Shown: positions 51,449-53,403 of the stretch, piece by piece
Position numbering within the stretch: position 1 is the first letter of the stretch
Layout: every line of letters begins with the position of its first letter
NCBI GenBank assembly: GCA_947371775.1
Contig: CANBQX010000001.1
Coordinates: 1 to 53,403, forward strand
DNA from: Comamonadaceae bacterium
Lineage (GTDB): Bacteria > Pseudomonadota > Gammaproteobacteria > Burkholderiales > Burkholderiaceae_C
Length of the DNA stretch: 53,403 nucleotides
Reading direction: 5' to 3'
The notes under the pieces: model-generated
Told to the model about the DNA's origin: nothing
The model's input: only the letters and a program-made list of their open reading frames with translations
Databases searched by the model: none
Program-made: the position numbers and the translations under genes

Positions 51449-53403
51449 ATGTCTGTTCCCAAATCTCCCTCTGCCGCCACACCTGCCTACTCCGAGTCGT
51501 CGATCCGGGTCCTCAAAGGGCTGGAGCCCGTCAAGCAGCGCCCGGGCATGTACACCCGCACCGACAACCCCTTGCACGTCATCCAGGAGGTGCTGGACAA
51601 CGCCGCCGACGAGGCTTTGGCGGGCCACGGCAAAAAAATCAAGGTCACACTGCACACCGATGCCTCGGTCACCATCGAGGACGACGGCCGGGGCATTCCG
51701 TTTGGCATGCACCCCGAAGAAAACGCCCCGGTGATTGAACTGGTGTTCACCCGGCTGCACGCGGGTGGCAAATTTGACAAGGGCAAGGGCGGCGCCTACA
51801 GCTTCTCGGGCGGTCTGCACGGCGTGGGCGTGAGCGTGACCAACGCCCTGGGCAAGCGCCTGGAGGCCACCAGCTACCGCGATGGATCGGTAGCCCGCAT
51901 CGTGTTTCAAAGCGGCGATGTCACCGAGCCCTTGCAGGTGCGCAAGGCGGGCGAGGGCGACCGCAAATCGGGCACCACGGTGCGCGTCTGGCCGGATGCC
52001 AAGTACTTTGAGTCGGCCGCTCTGCCCATGGCCGAGCTGGTGCACTTGCTGCGCAGCAAGGCGGTGCTCATGCCCGGCGTGAGCGTCTCGCTGCTCAATG
52101 AAAAGACCAAAGACAGCCAAACCTGGCTCTACAAAGGCGGCCTGGCGGACTACCTGATGCAGTCCCTGCAAGCCGATCCGGTGATTCCACTGTTCAGCGG
52201 CGAAGGCTTTGCGGACGCCCAGCACGACAGCTTTGCCGAAGGCGAGGGCGCCATGTGGTGCGTGGCCTTTACCGAAGACGGCAGCCCGGTGCGTGAGAGC
52301 TATGTCAACCTGATTCCTACCAGCGCAGGCGGCACGCATGAGAGCGGTTTGCGTGACGGCTTGTTTACCGCGGTCAAGAGCTTTATTGACATGCACAGCC
52401 TTCTGCCCAAGGGCGTCAAGCTGATGCCCGAGGACGTGTTTGCCCGCGCCAGCTATGTGCTGTCGGCCAAGGTGCTTGATCCGCAGTTTCAAGGCCAGAT
52501 CAAAGAGCGCCTCAACTCGCGCGACGCAGTGCGCCTGGTCTCGGGCTTTGTGCGGCCGGCGCTGGAGCTGTGGCTCAACCAGCATGTGGACTACGGCAAA
52601 AAGCTGGCCGAGCTGGCCATCAAGGCGGCGCAAACCCGGCAACGCGCCGGCCAAAAAGTCGAAAAGCGCAAGAGCTCGGGCGTGGCCGTCCTTCCCGGCA
52701 AGCTGACCGACTGCGAAAGCCGCGACCTGGCCTACAACGAAGTATTTTTGGTCGAGGGTGACTCGGCCGGTGGCAGCGCCAAGATGGGCCGCGACAAAGA
52801 AAACCAGGCCATCCTGCCCCTGCGCGGCAAGGTCCTCAATACCTGGGAGGTGGACCGCGACCGCTTGTTTGCCAATACCGAAATCCACGACATTTCGGTC
52901 GCCATCGGCGTCGATCCGCATGGCCCCAACGACACGCCTGACATGAGCGGCCTGCGCTACGGCAAGGTCTGCATCTTGAGCGATGCTGACGTGGACGGCT
53001 CGCACATCCAGGTGCTCTTGTTGACGCTGTTTTTCCGCCACTTCCCCAAGCTGATCGAAGCAGGCCACGTGTTTGTGGCGCGCCCCCCGCTGTTTCGGGT
53101 GGACGCTCCCGCGCGTGGCAAAAAGCCGGCGTCCAAAGCCTATGCGCTGGACGAGGGCGAACTCACCGCCATCCTGGACAAGCTGCGCAAAGAAGGCGTG
53201 CGCGAGGGCGCATGGAGCATCAGCCGCTTCAAGGGCCTGGGCGAGATGAACGCCGAGCAACTGTGGGACACCACGCTCAACCCCGACACGCGCCGCTTGC
53301 TGCCCGTGGCCCTGGGCGCAATCGACTTCGGCCAGACCGAGGCCTTGATCACCAAGCTCATGGGCAAAGGCGAGGCCGCCGCCCGCCGAGAGCTCATGGA
53401 AAT
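51449..53403 (+). CDS. parE: DNA topoisomerase IV subunit B (runs off the window end)
   Basis: Read directly: MSVPKSPSAATPAYSESSIRVLKGLEPVKQRPGMYT, EVLDNAADE, GGLHGVGVSV, VEGDSAGGSAK, DADVDG and RFKGLGEM; no stop before 53403. Confidence 0.96.
   Translation, partial: MSVPKSPSAATPAYSESSIRVLKGLEPVKQRPGMYTRTDNPLHVIQEVLDNAADEALAGHGKKIKVTLHTDASVTIEDDGRGIPFGMHPEENAPVIELVFTRLHAGGKFDKGKGGAYSFSGGLHGVGVSVTNALGKRLEATSYRDGSVARIVFQSGDVTEPLQVRKAGEGDRKSGTTVRVWPDAKYFESAALPMAELVHLLRSKAVLMPGVSVSLLNEKTKDSQTWLYKGGLADYLMQSLQADPVIPLFSGEGFADAQHDSFAEGEGAMWCVAFTEDGSPVRESYVNLIPTSAGGTHESGLRDGLFTAVKSFIDMHSLLPKGVKLMPEDVFARASYVLSAKVLDPQFQGQIKERLNSRDAVRLVSGFVRPALELWLNQHVDYGKKLAELAIKAAQTRQRAGQKVEKRKSSGVAVLPGKLTDCESRDLAYNEVFLVEGDSAGGSAKMGRDKENQAILPLRGKVLNTWEVDRDRLFANTEIHDISVAIGVDPHGPNDTPDMSGLRYGKVCILSDADVDGSHIQVLLLTLFFRHFPKLIEAGHVFVARPPLFRVDAPARGKKPASKAYALDEGELTAILDKLRKEGVREGAWSISRFKGLGEMNAEQLWDTTLNPDTRRLLPVALGAIDFGQTEALITKLMGKGEAAARRELME

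Noticed and set aside
51434-53260. 608-aa minus-strand ORF
   Set aside because: Antisense shadow of parE, which the track misses because it has no stop in the window

Overview
GC-rich betaproteobacterial chromosome segment; gene content and order fit Comamonadaceae (Rhodoferax/Curvibacter-like, by inference). Most of it is core housekeeping: tetR-MFP-RND-pcm-rhodanese-tolC, msrA, pdxH, an iorAB-like molybdoenzyme, edd-eda, ybaK-plsY, yajQ/murB, argG-ppnP, folC-dedD-cvpA-purF-metZ-gltX, tRNA-Ala/Glu/Asp, hslO, pyrG-kdsA-eno-ftsB, coaBC-dut, roxA, dapA-bamC, an MFS transporter and a 3'-truncated parE. The stand-out is an accessory block just downstream of tRNA-Asp (about 30.3-36.1 kb, minus strand). 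It has three genes with overlapping stop/start codons: a TPR plus outer-membrane beta-barrel protein resembling Slam/DUF560 (type XI secretion), a signal-peptide FecR-domain protein with a Gly-Thr self-cleavage-type motif, flexible linker and TbpB-like C-terminal barrel signature, and a CHASE2 class III adenylate cyclase. A DddW/DddK-like cupin follows. I read this as a candidate surface-to-cAMP trans-envelope signalling system with no sigma factor. Non-coding signals include a LexA box at parE, HexR-like and TetR-like operators, a recurring AGGG-N4-CCC(T/G) motif, several probable leaderless genes, and a 49-aa ORF missing from the ORF track. I saw no CRISPR array, rRNA, integrase or transposase. 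All family calls come from motif recognition, not database searches.
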